Of a stretch of DNA of 64,000 nt, positions 27,314 through 37,274 are shown in pieces (within the stretch, counting starts at the first letter, position 1; every line of letters starts with the position of its first letter). The notes beneath the pieces were generated by a model, which saw only the letters and a list, made by a program, of their open reading frames with translations, was not told where the DNA came from and did no database searches. The DNA comes from Collinsella sp. (GTDB lineage Bacteria; Actinomycetota; Coriobacteriia; Coriobacteriales; Coriobacteriaceae): NCBI GenBank assembly GCA_019419445.1, contig DXZX01000005.1, positions 10,196 to 74,195 of the forward strand. Reading direction: 5' to 3'. The translations under genes were made by a program, and so were the position numbers.

Positions 27314-29502
27314 TCGATGCGCCCGACCACGCTGCTCAGGAGCGGGGCAATCGTTCGGCAGGGGCATGGCTCCTTGTCGCTCTGCTGGGGATAGCGCTCT
27401 CGGTTGCTGCCGGCATGATGAGCTACGGTTACATGACGGCCCAAACCGAGCAGCGCTTTGCCGACGTTGTCGATTACGTGGCGACGCAGAGCCTTTCCTA
27501 CGATGCATTCAACAGCGCCTATACGACCAAAAACCTGATTCGCGTTATGGAGATTGCCGGAGAGGCGGCTCGCGATATGGAGCGCGACGGTTCGGTGGAT
27601 AACGCCATGCTGGAGCAATATGCCGACCAGTTCAACGTGAGCGCGCTGATCGTGACGGACGCATCGGGCAATTTGGTGTCCGAGTCCTCGACGGGCGATG
27701 TGGACTACGGGTCGCTCGCTACGTATCTCAAAGAATCACCCGTGCTTGAGGTGGCAACTCATCCGCTTAAGTCCTATACCGCCCGCATCACGCTTGCGGA
27801 TGATTCGGTCGCAGACATTGGCTGCGTGACTCGGCAGGATGGCGAGGGCATCGTTATCGCGGTAAGGCATCAGAGCGCGAAGGCGGTTGCAAGCAATACA
27901 CTCAAACTGCAGAGCTTGCTTGATGGCTATGAAACCATCGATAGCGGCAATATCGTGATCGAAAGCGACGGCAAGGTCGTTGCGACCGATGCCGTTGAAC
28001 CCACCGTATTGGGCGTGTTCGATCTGCCTGCGACGGATGTCTTCATTGTCGACGGTATTAAGGATCGATGCCTGGCCGGTAAGGTCAAATTGATTAACGC
28101 CGACGGCGAGTGGTATTTGGGCACATTTGGAAAGGCGCACAAATTCTATGTGTACACCTATGCTCCGGCGCGGCGTTACTTCGAGGTCGTCGCGGCTGTT
28201 GCTGCCGGCGTGCTGGCGCTCTACAGCGGTTTTATAGCCGTTGTTGTGATGGTGCGTCGCCGCGCTGATCGCCGACGTTTGACGGACTTGCTGCAGCAGG
28301 AGCGCGACTATGGCGACAAGCTGGCAAAGGCGGCGCGTGAGGCCTCGTCTGCCAACTCGGCAAAGACAGAGTTTCTGCGTCGCATGAGCCACGATCTGCG
28401 CACGCCCATCAACGGCATTCGCGGCATGGTCGAGGTTGGCGATGCCAATGCGGACGATCTGCAAAAGCAGGCTGAGTGCCGCTCGAAAATCTGGACGGCA
28501 TCGGGACTGCTGCTCGACCTTGCCAACGAGGCACTCGATATGAGTCGCCTGGAGAGCGGGCAGGTCGACTTGAACCTCGTACCCACAAATTTGGTGGCAC
28601 TCAACTGTGAAGTGCGCGATATTCTGGAGCGCCAGGCCGAGGAGCGTCTGGTGACAATTATCTGCGACCAGCAGACCCTTAATCATCCCTATGCTCGGGT
28701 GAGCGTGACGCACCTCAAGCGCCTGTTGCTCAATATTGCCGGCAATGCCGTCAAGTACAACCGCCAGGGCGGATACGTTCGCCTGGTGTGCCGCGAGGTG
28801 GAGCCAGCGGATGGCGCCCCCGTCTATGAATACACGATCGCCGACAACGGTATTGGCATGAGCGAGGAGTTCCAACAGCACCTCTACGAGCCGTTTTGCC
28901 GCGAGGAGCAACAGGTGGAAGGCGCCTCATCGGGAACTGGCCTGGGTGCGCCTATTGCCAAGCAGTTGGTTGAGCTTATGGGCGGAACCATGAACTTTAC
29001 GAGCACCTTGGGGCAGGGGACGACGTTTACCATCCGCCTGCCGTTTGAGAAATGCAAGCGCTCCGAGATTCCTCAGGCAGTTCGCGCGGATGCGGGCGAT
29101 GGCGATGCGCTCCAGGGCTTGCACGTTTTGCTCGTAGAGGATAACGATCTGAATGCCGAGATCGCGCAGTTTACGCTCAGCCGTGCCGGTGCCGTCGTGA
29201 CGCATGCTAAGGATGGCGAGTCTGCCGTTGAGGCGTTTGCCGCGAGCGCACCGCACGAGTACGACGTGGTGTTGATGGACATCATGATGCCTGGCATCGA
29301 TGGCCTTGAGGCCACGCGTCGGATTCGAGCACTCGATCGCGAGGATGCCGCGACCACGCCGATTATCGCTGTGAGTGCCAACGCCTTTGCCGACGACCGC
29401 AGACTTTCGCGCGAGGCGGGCATGGACGCGCACCTGAGTAAACCCGTGAGCTCGCAGGAGCTCGTTGAGGCGCTTGCGCACATAGCTGCCGACGCTTCAT
29501 AA
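27310..29502 (+). CDS. Hybrid sensor histidine kinase/response regulator
   Basis: MSHDLRTPING, NAVKY, DNGIGM, GTGLG, receiver LMDIMMP; ATGA overlap with the binding-protein gene. Confidence 0.92.
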   Translation: MIDAPDHAAQERGNRSAGAWLLVALLGIALSVAAGMMSYGYMTAQTEQRFADVVDYVATQSLSYDAFNSAYTTKNLIRVMEIAGEAARDMERDGSVDNAMLEQYADQFNVSALIVTDASGNLVSESSTGDVDYGSLATYLKESPVLEVATHPLKSYTARITLADDSVADIGCVTRQDGEGIVIAVRHQSAKAVASNTLKLQSLLDGYETIDSGNIVIESDGKVVATDAVEPTVLGVFDLPATDVFIVDGIKDRCLAGKVKLINADGEWYLGTFGKAHKFYVYTYAPARRYFEVVAAVAAGVLALYSGFIAVVVMVRRRADRRRLTDLLQQERDYGDKLAKAAREASSANSAKTEFLRRMSHDLRTPINGIRGMVEVGDANADDLQKQAECRSKIWTASGLLLDLANEALDMSRLESGQVDLNLVPTNLVALNCEVRDILERQAEERLVTIICDQQTLNHPYARVSVTHLKRLLLNIAGNAVKYNRQGGYVRLVCREVEPADGAPVYEYTIADNGIGMSEEFQQHLYEPFCREEQQVEGASSGTGLGAPIAKQLVELMGGTMNFTSTLGQGTTFTIRLPFEKCKRSEIPQAVRADAGDGDALQGLHVLLVEDNDLNAEIAQFTLSRAGAVVTHAKDGESAVEAFAASAPHEYDVVLMDIMMPGIDGLEATRRIRALDREDAATTPIIAVSANAFADDRRLSREAGMDAHLSKPVSSQELVEALAHIAADAS

Positions 29503-29504
29503 GC

Positions 29505-29544
29505 ATATGGCCCGGTTCCAAGGTGGGTTGGAACCGGGCCATAT
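29505..29544. terminator. Hairpin between convergent genes
   Basis: ATATGGCCCGGTTCCAA...TTGGAACCGGGCCATAT, 17-bp arms. Confidence 0.75.
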
Positions 29545-29572
29545 TGCTATTTGTGAGTTTTGCTTTTGAGGC

Positions 29573-30052
29573 TTACTTTTCTTGAATCTGCTTGCCGCAA
29601 AGATGCTCAATCGTAATCTCGTAGAGCTGGACGCCCTTAATGTCCTTGGCGATTTCCTCTTCGACTTCCTCGGCAGAAGGGTAGTACTTAAGCGCGAGCT
29701 GGCGGACTGTATCCTCGATAAACGCGGGAGTGTCATTCGCCAGGCGACAGCGGCCAAAGACCACGGTGCTCATAACGTAGGGAGCCCAGTCACCGTCCTT
29801 GTACCACTCGTTGCCGTACACGGTAAAGCAGACCTTGTCATCGCGCTTGAGTGAATCAACCTTGTGGCCAGCCTTGGCACCATGGAAATAAATCTTGTCG
29901 TGCTCGGTGTCAAAGAAGTAGTTGACGGGAATGGCGTACGGGTAGCCATCGTCGCCGTTGACGGCAAAGACGCCGCGCTTGCAGGTGGCGAGCAGTTCGC
30001 GCGCTTCCTCGTCAGTGATGGCGCGTTTCTTTCGACGTAAGGGCCTAAACAT
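29573..30052 (-). CDS. Pyridoxamine 5'-phosphate oxidase-like / NimA-like flavin-binding protein
   Basis: MFRPLRRKKR, GYPYAIPVNY, IYFHGAKAGHK, STVVFG. Confidence 0.88.
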   Translation of the reverse strand: MFRPLRRKKRAITDEEARELLATCKRGVFAVNGDDGYPYAIPVNYFFDTEHDKIYFHGAKAGHKVDSLKRDDKVCFTVYGNEWYKDGDWAPYVMSTVVFGRCRLANDTPAFIEDTVRQLALKYYPSAEEVEEEIAKDIKGVQLYEITIEHLCGKQIQEK

Positions 30053-30093
30053 CGTTGGCTTCCTTTCTGCTGCGTATGGTTGTTGAGCACAAA

Positions 30094-32904
30094 CTATAGC
30101 GAAACGGATCCGTTTTTCTTGATGCGGGCGAGTATGTTTTTGAGCTTGTTAAAGTCGAGCGGTTTGGACAGATGGGCGTTCATGCCGGCGTCGTGTGCCG
30201 CCTTGGCGTCCTCGGCAAAGGCATTGGCGGTGAGCGCGATGATGGGGATATCGGCTGCATCGACCTTCTCGCTCAGACGAATCGCGCGGGTTGCCTCGTA
30301 ACCGTCCATGTCCGGCATCATAATGTCCATCAGGATCGCATCGAAGCTGCCGGCGGGATGAGACAGGTACAGATCGACGACTTCGTTGCCGTTGACGGCG
30401 CGGGTGACCACGACGCCCTCGGATTCTAGCAGCGCCTGGGCAATCTCGGCATTCAATTCGTTGTCTTCGGCGAGCAGCACGTTCATGTTGGCAAGCGAGC
30501 AGTCGAGCGCCTTCTCGACCGTATCCGTCCGCGCCCGGGGGTTCTTGTCGATATCGAGCGGAATTTCCACGTAGAACGTGGTGCCCACATGGAGTTCGCT
30601 GGTGACTTCGATGGTGCCGCCCATCAGTTCAATAAGCGACTTGACGATTGGCATGCCCATGCCGGTTCCTTGGAACTTGCTGCGCGCATCGTCACCTTCT
30701 TGGGCAAACGGCTCATAGATATGCTTTAAAAACTCGGGAGCCATGCCAATGCCGGTATCCGAAACGCTAAAGCAAAAGAGCGCGCGCCCGTTATCGAGTG
30801 GCTTGGTCTTTGAGCTAAAGGTGACGGAGCCGCCGTGCTTGTTGTACTTAATGCTGTTGTCTAACAGGTTGATCATGATCTGTCGGATATGGGTGGGACT
30901 GCCGATCATGTATGGCCCCGTGGCGTACGGCAGACTATTGTCCTGCATTGTGATGCCGTTACTGGACGCGCGGAGCTTGCACAGCACTAGCGTATCGTCA
31001 CAGAGCTCTTTGAGGTTAAAAGGCGCATGCTCCAGTGTTAGCTTGCGGTCTTCGATTTTGCCCATCTCGAGGATGTCGTTGATCAGCGAGAGCAGGTGAT
31101 TGGCGGCAACGCGCGCCTTGGCACGGCTCTCGCGGGCGACTTGCATATCGCCTTCCTTCAATTCCTCGATCTCGATAAGGCCCAGGATACCGTTGAGCGG
31201 CGTACGGATGTCGTGGCTCATGCGCGTGAGGAATGCCGTCTTAGCGGCGTTGGCAGCATCGGCTTTTTTGCGCTCGGTTCGAGCGCGCACGAGCGCCCAG
31301 ATGAGCAGGACGATGCCGACCGACAACATACCGATGAGGGTAGCTGCAATGGCGGTGCGGTTGCGATAAAGGAATTGAAGCGTGTTGGATTCCTGGGCCG
31401 TGTACGACGTGGAGGAGAAATTGCTTGCGGAGAGCGATTCTCCGGCATTGATGATGCCCTTGTTGATGATTCCCAACAGCTCGGGTTTTCCGCGCGAAAT
31501 CCAGCACGAGAGCTCACAGGTGTCAGGGAGCTCGGTCGTCTCGCAGTCCTCGAGATCGTAACGGTCACCGATGGTTTTTACGCGTGAACTGGGAGCGACG
31601 ATGCAGTGCGCCGTTCCCTTGCTGAGGGCGTCGAACGCTTCATCGTCGGATTGGTATTCGGTTACGGTCGCTGTGGGGAACAGACTTTCAAGTGCATTTT
31701 TGTTGACAAACGATGATTTGGTACAGGCGATGTTCTGAAGGTTTTTGTTCAGGTTGCTGCCGGTGTGGATAGCGGTGAGGGATATGGTTCCCAACGATAC
31801 CGACTGCACAACGCCTGTTTGCTCGGCAAACCAGTAATCTCGGTATACCGGCAACGCAACGTCTATGCTTTCCTTTGACAGGGCCTTTGACATCATCTTG
31901 TAGCTATCAAAGGCGACGGTTTTGACCGTAATGCCAAATTTATCGTGTAGCGTCGTCGCAAGCGATGCGAGCGAGCCTTCCATTTCGCCGTCTTCGTTCT
32001 CGTTGCAGTAGGGGAGTTTGCCCGTAATGTAGCCGAGCGTGATGGTGTTGTCATTTGCTTTGAGCCAGGAACGTTCGGGTCCGTTGAGCGATGATGAGCC
32101 GCTGTTTTGGGTCGAGTAGTGAGATTTTACTTCGTCGTTATAGCGTGGGTTGACGCGGGCGATTGCCGTCATGGCAGCATTGATGTCGTCCATCAGGTCG
32201 GGGCGGCTTTTGGGAACGGCAAAGTAGTAGTCGTTCGAACCAATGTAGAACATGGGGGAGGCATTGGGCGACGAGATTGTGTCGTTCATGATGACGGCAT
32301 CGACTTCGTCGTTTGCGAGCGCGTCAAAGAGATCGGATCCTCCGTCATACTCCTTGTATGTGCAGGCGATTCCTTCGCTGGCGAGCCATTGCTGGCCAAC
32401 GAAGGTTTGCATGACGTCGGGGTTGCAACCGATAGTGAGACCCTGGAGTGCTTGAGGGTCACCCTTTGCAAGGTCGTCACGGTCGGGCCTGGCGTAGATG
32501 TAGTAGCGCTCGGTGCCCTCGGGGTTCGAGGAAAAGAGCAGCTTTTGGGCACGTTCCTCGGAGTAGGAGATGTTGGGCATGAGGTCGATCTCGCCTGCCT
32601 CGAGCATGTCCATAAGCTCGGTGAAGGTGCCGGAGACGTATTCGTACCGCCAGCCGGACGTGTAGTACGACAGGGTCTGGAGGTACTCGTAACCCCATCC
32701 CGAGAGACGCTCGCCGGGGGTGCCGTCCTGGAAGCCCTCGTTGCTGACGAGCCAGCCGACGCGGACCGTCTTGACTTGCTGATCGGTATTGGCGGCATAG
32801 GCGGGGGCGGGCATGATGGTGCTCAGTACGACGAGCGCGGCAAGCGCGACGGCCAGGGTGCGATATATAACTGAACGAAGGACAGTGGCAGCTCTCACAT
32901 GCAA
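30094..32904 (-). CDS. Hybrid histidine kinase with two periplasmic-binding (PBPb) domains
   Basis: N-terminal PBPb repeats, TM helix, MSHDIRTPLNG, NSIKY, GTGMG, receiver LMDIMMP. Start uncertain. Confidence 0.9.
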   Translation of the reverse strand: MHVRAATVLRSVIYRTLAVALAALVVLSTIMPAPAYAANTDQQVKTVRVGWLVSNEGFQDGTPGERLSGWGYEYLQTLSYYTSGWRYEYVSGTFTELMDMLEAGEIDLMPNISYSEERAQKLLFSSNPEGTERYYIYARPDRDDLAKGDPQALQGLTIGCNPDVMQTFVGQQWLASEGIACTYKEYDGGSDLFDALANDEVDAVIMNDTISSPNASPMFYIGSNDYYFAVPKSRPDLMDDINAAMTAIARVNPRYNDEVKSHYSTQNSGSSSLNGPERSWLKANDNTITLGYITGKLPYCNENEDGEMEGSLASLATTLHDKFGITVKTVAFDSYKMMSKALSKESIDVALPVYRDYWFAEQTGVVQSVSLGTISLTAIHTGSNLNKNLQNIACTKSSFVNKNALESLFPTATVTEYQSDDEAFDALSKGTAHCIVAPSSRVKTIGDRYDLEDCETTELPDTCELSCWISRGKPELLGIINKGIINAGESLSASNFSSTSYTAQESNTLQFLYRNRTAIAATLIGMLSVGIVLLIWALVRARTERKKADAANAAKTAFLTRMSHDIRTPLNGILGLIEIEELKEGDMQVARESRAKARVAANHLLSLINDILEMGKIEDRKLTLEHAPFNLKELCDDTLVLCKLRASSNGITMQDNSLPYATGPYMIGSPTHIRQIMINLLDNSIKYNKHGGSVTFSSKTKPLDNGRALFCFSVSDTGIGMAPEFLKHIYEPFAQEGDDARSKFQGTGMGMPIVKSLIELMGGTIEVTSELHVGTTFYVEIPLDIDKNPRARTDTVEKALDCSLANMNVLLAEDNELNAEIAQALLESEGVVVTRAVNGNEVVDLYLSHPAGSFDAILMDIMMPDMDGYEATRAIRLSEKVDAADIPIIALTANAFAEDAKAAHDAGMNAHLSKPLDFNKLKNILARIKKNGSVSL

Positions 32905-32990
32905 TCCTAACGAATCGAGACATTACCGCATAAGGATACCAGCTCAGCCTGCCCAGCCGGCAGCTGCACCGCTAAACGGTCCCGCCCGGC

Positions 32991-33088
32991 AGTCATCGGG
33001 GACGTTCTTAAACGACTAGTCATTGGGGACGTTCTTGTTTGACTAGTCATTTAAGAACGTCCCCAATGACTAGTTCCCAATGACTAGT
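32991..33088. repeat. Palindromic element family E cluster (3 units plus a partial)
   Basis: AGTCATCGGGGACGTTCTTAAACGACTAGTCATTGGGGACGTTCTTGTTTGACTAGTCATTTAAGAACGTCCCCAATGACTAGTTCCCAATGACTAGT. Confidence 0.88.
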
Positions 33089-33156
33089 TTCGTTTGCGGG
33101 GGAGGCGTGGGACAATACCGAGCGAACGAGATTGGGCGTCTGGGAAAGGGGTCGCG

Positions 33157-33582
33157 ATGAACAGGTTGAGGACGCTTGCCGATGTGCTGCGACAGGCTGG
33201 CTTTGCGCGCATCACGGGCCTGTTTCTAATCTTTTACCTGCTGTGCTCGACTGCCGTCTGGCTGTCCGAGCCCACGTCCCTTACGTTTGGCGACGGTCTC
33301 TGGTTTAGCTTTGAGACGGTCCCGCCCATCGGCTTTGGTGACATTCCTGCCGAGACACCGGTTGCCCGCGCCATTACCGTCATTCTGAGCGTCATCAGCA
33401 TCTTCTACATCGCCATGCTCACGGGCGTGGCGGTGAACTACTGCAATACGCTTATCAAGCTGCGCCAAAAGGACACCATGGCGCGCTTTATGGACGATCT
33501 TGAGCATTTGGAAGAGCTCGATCGTGACGAGCTCGCCGATCTTTCGCGTCGCGTGCGCGAGTATCGTCGACGCCAGCGCTAA
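33157..33582 (+). CDS. 2-TM potassium channel family protein (KcsA-like) with altered filter
   Basis: TFGDGLWFSFETVPPIGFGDIP...ARAIT; canonical filter is TTxG(Y/F)G. Confidence 0.85.
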   Translation: MNRLRTLADVLRQAGFARITGLFLIFYLLCSTAVWLSEPTSLTFGDGLWFSFETVPPIGFGDIPAETPVARAITVILSVISIFYIAMLTGVAVNYCNTLIKLRQKDTMARFMDDLEHLEELDRDELADLSRRVREYRRRQR

Positions 33583-33618
33583 GACGAACGTCGTGCGCCA
33601 CAACAAGGGGGACCAAAT

Positions 33619-34152
33619 ATGAATATCACCGTGTATCTGGGTGCCAGTGCCGGCAATGATCCGGCGTTTCTGCCCGCGGTGCAGGAGCTGGGCAACTGGA
33701 TTGGCGCCAACGGGCACGCGCTGGTATACGGCGGGTCCAAATCGGGGCTGATGGGTGCGCTCGCCGATAGCGTACTCGAGGCGGGTGGACACGTGACGGG
33801 TGTTGAGCCGAGCTTTTTTATCGAGGCCGAGTTTCAACATGACGGTATCAACGACCTTATCGTGACGAGCGATATGGCGGAGCGCAAGGCCAAGATGATT
33901 GAGCTCGGCGATGCGTTCATCGCATTTCCGGGCGGCACGGGCACGCTCGAGGAGATTGCCGAGGTCATGTCCGCCGTGTCGTTGGGGCATCTGAGCGCGC
34001 CGTGCATTCTGTACAACCTGGATGGGTACTACAACGACCTCAAAGCCCTGCTCGGGCACATGATTGATAAGGGGCTTTCGAGCTCGAGGCGCCAACTCGG
34101 CATCTACTTTGCCGACGATTTGCGCGAGATTGCCTCGATTATCAACGGATAA
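33619..34152 (+). CDS. LOG family (TIGR00730) nucleotide phosphoribohydrolase
   Basis: LVYGG, GLMG, MAERK, PGGTGTLEE. Confidence 0.92.
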   Translation: MNITVYLGASAGNDPAFLPAVQELGNWIGANGHALVYGGSKSGLMGALADSVLEAGGHVTGVEPSFFIEAEFQHDGINDLIVTSDMAERKAKMIELGDAFIAFPGGTGTLEEIAEVMSAVSLGHLSAPCILYNLDGYYNDLKALLGHMIDKGLSSSRRQLGIYFADDLREIASIING

Positions 34153-34277
34153 GTCTTGAGCCTGCCCCACTATGACTCCCAATGGTGCCGTTTGCGGCGC
34201 AGATGGTTGGCTCGTTCGGACAACGCTCGCTCTACAATAAAACGTATCTATGTCGACTTTGACCGCGGGAGGACCCG

Positions 34278-35579
34278 ATGGATAACCTTGCCAAACCCAC
34301 GAACCGAGCGCTGTTTTTGGTCAGCGTTGCCGTGACCGGTGCACTCGCGGGTGCCGCAGTCTGGCTATTCTTCTTTGCGATGGAGCACGGCATTGATTAT
34401 TTGTGGACCGAGGTCCCGCATAAGCTGGGTGTCTCTTCGCCCGAACTCGCCAGCGGCCCGTTTGGCTTTTTGCCGTACCCGTTTTTCGTTTGCCTGTTGG
34501 GCGGCTTGGTGATTGGCCTGTACGAAAAGATGACGGGCATCAAGACCGATGACCTCAACCAGGTGATGGCAAAGGTTAAGCAAGACGGGCGCTACCCGTA
34601 CGACAACCTGGGCAAGCTTTCGCTCGCGGCATTGCTGCCGCTGCTGTTTGGTGGAAGTATTGGACCGGAGGCCGGTCTGACCGGCGTTATCGCAGGTCTG
34701 TGCAGCTGGGTCGGCGATCGTATGCGTCGCTTTGGCGCCGAGTTTAGGGAGCTCACGCTGCTGGGCACCCAGGCTGCCCTGACGGCGCTCTTTACCGCGC
34801 CCGTGTTTGGCTTTGTGGCGCCGCTTGCCGGTAGCGCCGACGGCCAGGGCGCTAATGACGATGAGTCCGCGTCCGATGAGATCACGATCAAGCTTCCCAA
34901 GGCGCAAAAGACCGTGGTCTACGGCATTGCGATTGCCGGCGGTCTGGGTACCTACCTGCTGCTCGGCCAGCTTATGGGCGGCGGCATGGGCATGCCCAGG
35001 TTCGAGGCTGCCCAGGTGGGCAATCTTGAGCTTGCCTGGCTTATTCCTCTGTCGCTCGTCGGTACGGTCTGCGGTTGGCTGTACTTTGTCTCTGAGCATG
35101 CAAGCGAGGCACTGTCCCATGCAATAGGGGAGCGCCCGGTCGTCAAGGCCATGCTGGCCGGCCTGGCGCTCGCCATCTGTGGCACGGTCCTGCCCTACAC
35201 CATGTTTGCCGGCGAGACCCAGGCCGATGTGCTCATGGAAACCTATCTGACCATTCCCGCTGGCGTGCTTATCGCGACCGGTCTTGTTAAGGCCATGCTG
35301 ACGCCCGCCCTCATCAACCTTGGTTGGCGCGGCGGCCACTTCTTCCCGGTTATCTTCTCGGGTGTGAGCCTGGGCTATGGCCTTGCCATCCTCACCGGCG
35401 CAGATCCGGTCTTTTGCGTCGCCGTCTGCACCGCCTCGACGATGGGTGCCGTCATGCGTCAGCCCGTCATGGTCGTGGGCCTGCTGCTCATGTGCTTCCC
35501 GCTCAAGGGCATCGTCTGCATGATCATCGCCGCTGTTATCGCCGCCGGCATTCCGCTTCCCAAGCCGCTGCGCAAGTAG
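34278..35579 (+). CDS. ClC-family chloride channel/transporter protein
   Basis: GGSIGPEAG, GWRGGHFFP, many TM helices; GGAGG RBS. Confidence 0.85.
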   Translation: MDNLAKPTNRALFLVSVAVTGALAGAAVWLFFFAMEHGIDYLWTEVPHKLGVSSPELASGPFGFLPYPFFVCLLGGLVIGLYEKMTGIKTDDLNQVMAKVKQDGRYPYDNLGKLSLAALLPLLFGGSIGPEAGLTGVIAGLCSWVGDRMRRFGAEFRELTLLGTQAALTALFTAPVFGFVAPLAGSADGQGANDDESASDEITIKLPKAQKTVVYGIAIAGGLGTYLLLGQLMGGGMGMPRFEAAQVGNLELAWLIPLSLVGTVCGWLYFVSEHASEALSHAIGERPVVKAMLAGLALAICGTVLPYTMFAGETQADVLMETYLTIPAGVLIATGLVKAMLTPALINLGWRGGHFFPVIFSGVSLGYGLAILTGADPVFCVAVCTASTMGAVMRQPVMVVGLLLMCFPLKGIVCMIIAAVIAAGIPLPKPLRK

Positions 35580-35674
35580 TACGGTGGCGCACGCCGGGGA
35601 CATGCCGTTTGCCATGGATTTGCGGATGGGCGATTGCGACCGATTGCGGCCCGCGTGGGTCGAGATTTGCTTGC

Positions 35675-36373
35675 CTACAGGTCGCGTGCCCGATAGACCT
35701 TGGTGCTGACGGTGCAGCTGATTGCACATAGCGTGAGGGCCAGTACGGCAATTCCTGCGCACAGGCAGCCGAGGACGGCGGGATCGGGATTCGCCCCAGC
35801 AATCGACATGAGCCAGTTGCTGATGGGGTTGGAGGAGCTCAGCGTGGCCATGGCAAGGCATCCGAGCAGGGCAAACAGGCCGACGGAAAGGCGCAGCGCC
35901 TCCATGTGTCCAAATCGAAAGAACAGCGGCTGTGCCAGAAACACCATCATGAGGGAGATGAGCATCGATGCGGCGGAGGCTATTGTGGTCTCAAAGACGA
36001 TCTGTCCCGTCGAGGGCATGCCCGTGTGATCGAAGAACGGAAGAGTGATGGTGCTCAAAAGCACGGTCGCGCACGCCATGATGGCCGAGAAGGCAACAAT
36101 GCAGAGGTAACGTGCGCAGATGATGTCTTTGCGCGAGAGGGGCAGCGTTGCCCGATAGCGCTCCCATCCGTTTTGATTGTCGTAGCCGGCCAGCGAGCTC
36201 ATGACCACGATGGGCGACATGGCACTGACCGCGCAGGCGCCGGCGCTCATACTGGCATCGCCATCCGATGCGTTGGCGAGGGTTAGTACGACGAAGATGA
36301 ACAGGCCGACGCCCGCGATGCTCGGGACAAGCGTGCGGACGATGGCGAGCTCAGACATAAAGGCGCGTTTCAT
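35675..36373 (-). CDS. ABC-2 type transporter permease
   Basis: Six TM segments; GWERYRATLPLSRKDIICARY. Confidence 0.85.
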   Translation of the reverse strand: MKRAFMSELAIVRTLVPSIAGVGLFIFVVLTLANASDGDASMSAGACAVSAMSPIVVMSSLAGYDNQNGWERYRATLPLSRKDIICARYLCIVAFSAIMACATVLLSTITLPFFDHTGMPSTGQIVFETTIASAASMLISLMMVFLAQPLFFRFGHMEALRLSVGLFALLGCLAMATLSSSNPISNWLMSIAGANPDPAVLGCLCAGIAVLALTLCAISCTVSTKVYRARDL

Positions 36374-37251
36374 TTCGAAGCCCCTTTCAGTATGAGGCGA
36401 AGATAGTCATCAATGGTTGCTCGGTCGCAGGGAATCTCGGGGAAGGCCTCGAGCGCCTCGCGACGGTTGGGTACGAGCACGTCCACGCTATAGGCGTGGT
36501 GGGCGGCACGGGCACCTTCGACGCAAGCCATAAGCTCTGCGGCCTGTGCTTGGGTGCAGTGGGCGATGCCGGCTCGGTCGGTAATGTCCTCGCGCGGCAG
36601 GTCAAACACAATCGAGCCGTTATCGATGCAGATGACGCGGTCGGCAGTGCGATCGAGGTCGGATGTAATGTGGCTCGAGAGCAGCACGCTGTGCTGGCCG
36701 TCGGCGACAAAGGCAAGCAACTCGTCGAGCAGTTCCTCGCGCGCCATGGGATCGAGGCCCGCGGTGGCTTCGTCCAAAACGAGCAGCTTGGCATTGTGGC
36801 TGAGCGCACAGGCGAGCTGCAGCTTCATGCCCATGCCGCGGGAGAGGTCCTTGACCTTCGTCTTGGGATCGAGGCCAAATCGGTCGATGAATCCGGCGAA
36901 CGTTTCGCAGCTCCACGTGGGGTATGCCGGGCCTACGAGCTTCTCGACCTGGCCCACCTTGAGCGTGGAGGGGAAGGGACACGTGTCCAGGACAAGCCCG
37001 ATGCGGGAGCGCAGGTGGCGCTGCGTCTCGTCGGGCGCGTTGGCGTCGCAGCGCTGTCCAAGCAGATGCACCTCGCCGGCATCGGGCTTTATAAGCCCAA
37101 GCGCGGCGCGAATGGTCGTCGTCTTGCCGGCGCCATTTGCGCCCACAAAGCCAACGATCTGGCCGGGCTCCACGGCAAGCGTGACGTCGCGCAGTGAAAA
37201 GCGGTCGCTCACGCGGCGCGATACACCTTTGAGTTCTAGCAACTTTTGCAT
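36370..37251 (-). CDS. ABC transporter ATP-binding protein (YtrB-like)
   Basis: GANGAGKTT, LSRGMGMK, LDEATAGLD, SSH. Confidence 0.92.
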   Translation of the reverse strand: MQKLLELKGVSRRVSDRFSLRDVTLAVEPGQIVGFVGANGAGKTTTIRAALGLIKPDAGEVHLLGQRCDANAPDETQRHLRSRIGLVLDTCPFPSTLKVGQVEKLVGPAYPTWSCETFAGFIDRFGLDPKTKVKDLSRGMGMKLQLACALSHNAKLLVLDEATAGLDPMAREELLDELLAFVADGQHSVLLSSHITSDLDRTADRVICIDNGSIVFDLPREDITDRAGIAHCTQAQAAELMACVEGARAAHHAYSVDVLVPNRREALEAFPEIPCDRATIDDYLRLILKGASK

Positions 37252-37274
37252 GGTATAGCCTTTCTTGCAGATGG

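Noticed and set aside
29573..30052. nim metronidazole-resistance gene
   Set aside because: Only fold-level similarity; this family is widespread and the sequence alone does not support a resistance call.
32991..33088. Possible mini CRISPR array
   Set aside because: No unique spacers, units are in mixed orientation and directly joined, and there are no cas genes in the window.
34278..35579. Fluoride-specific CLC-F exporter with riboswitch
   Set aside because: No GNNLI or GREGT signatures and no recognisable fluoride riboswitch upstream.
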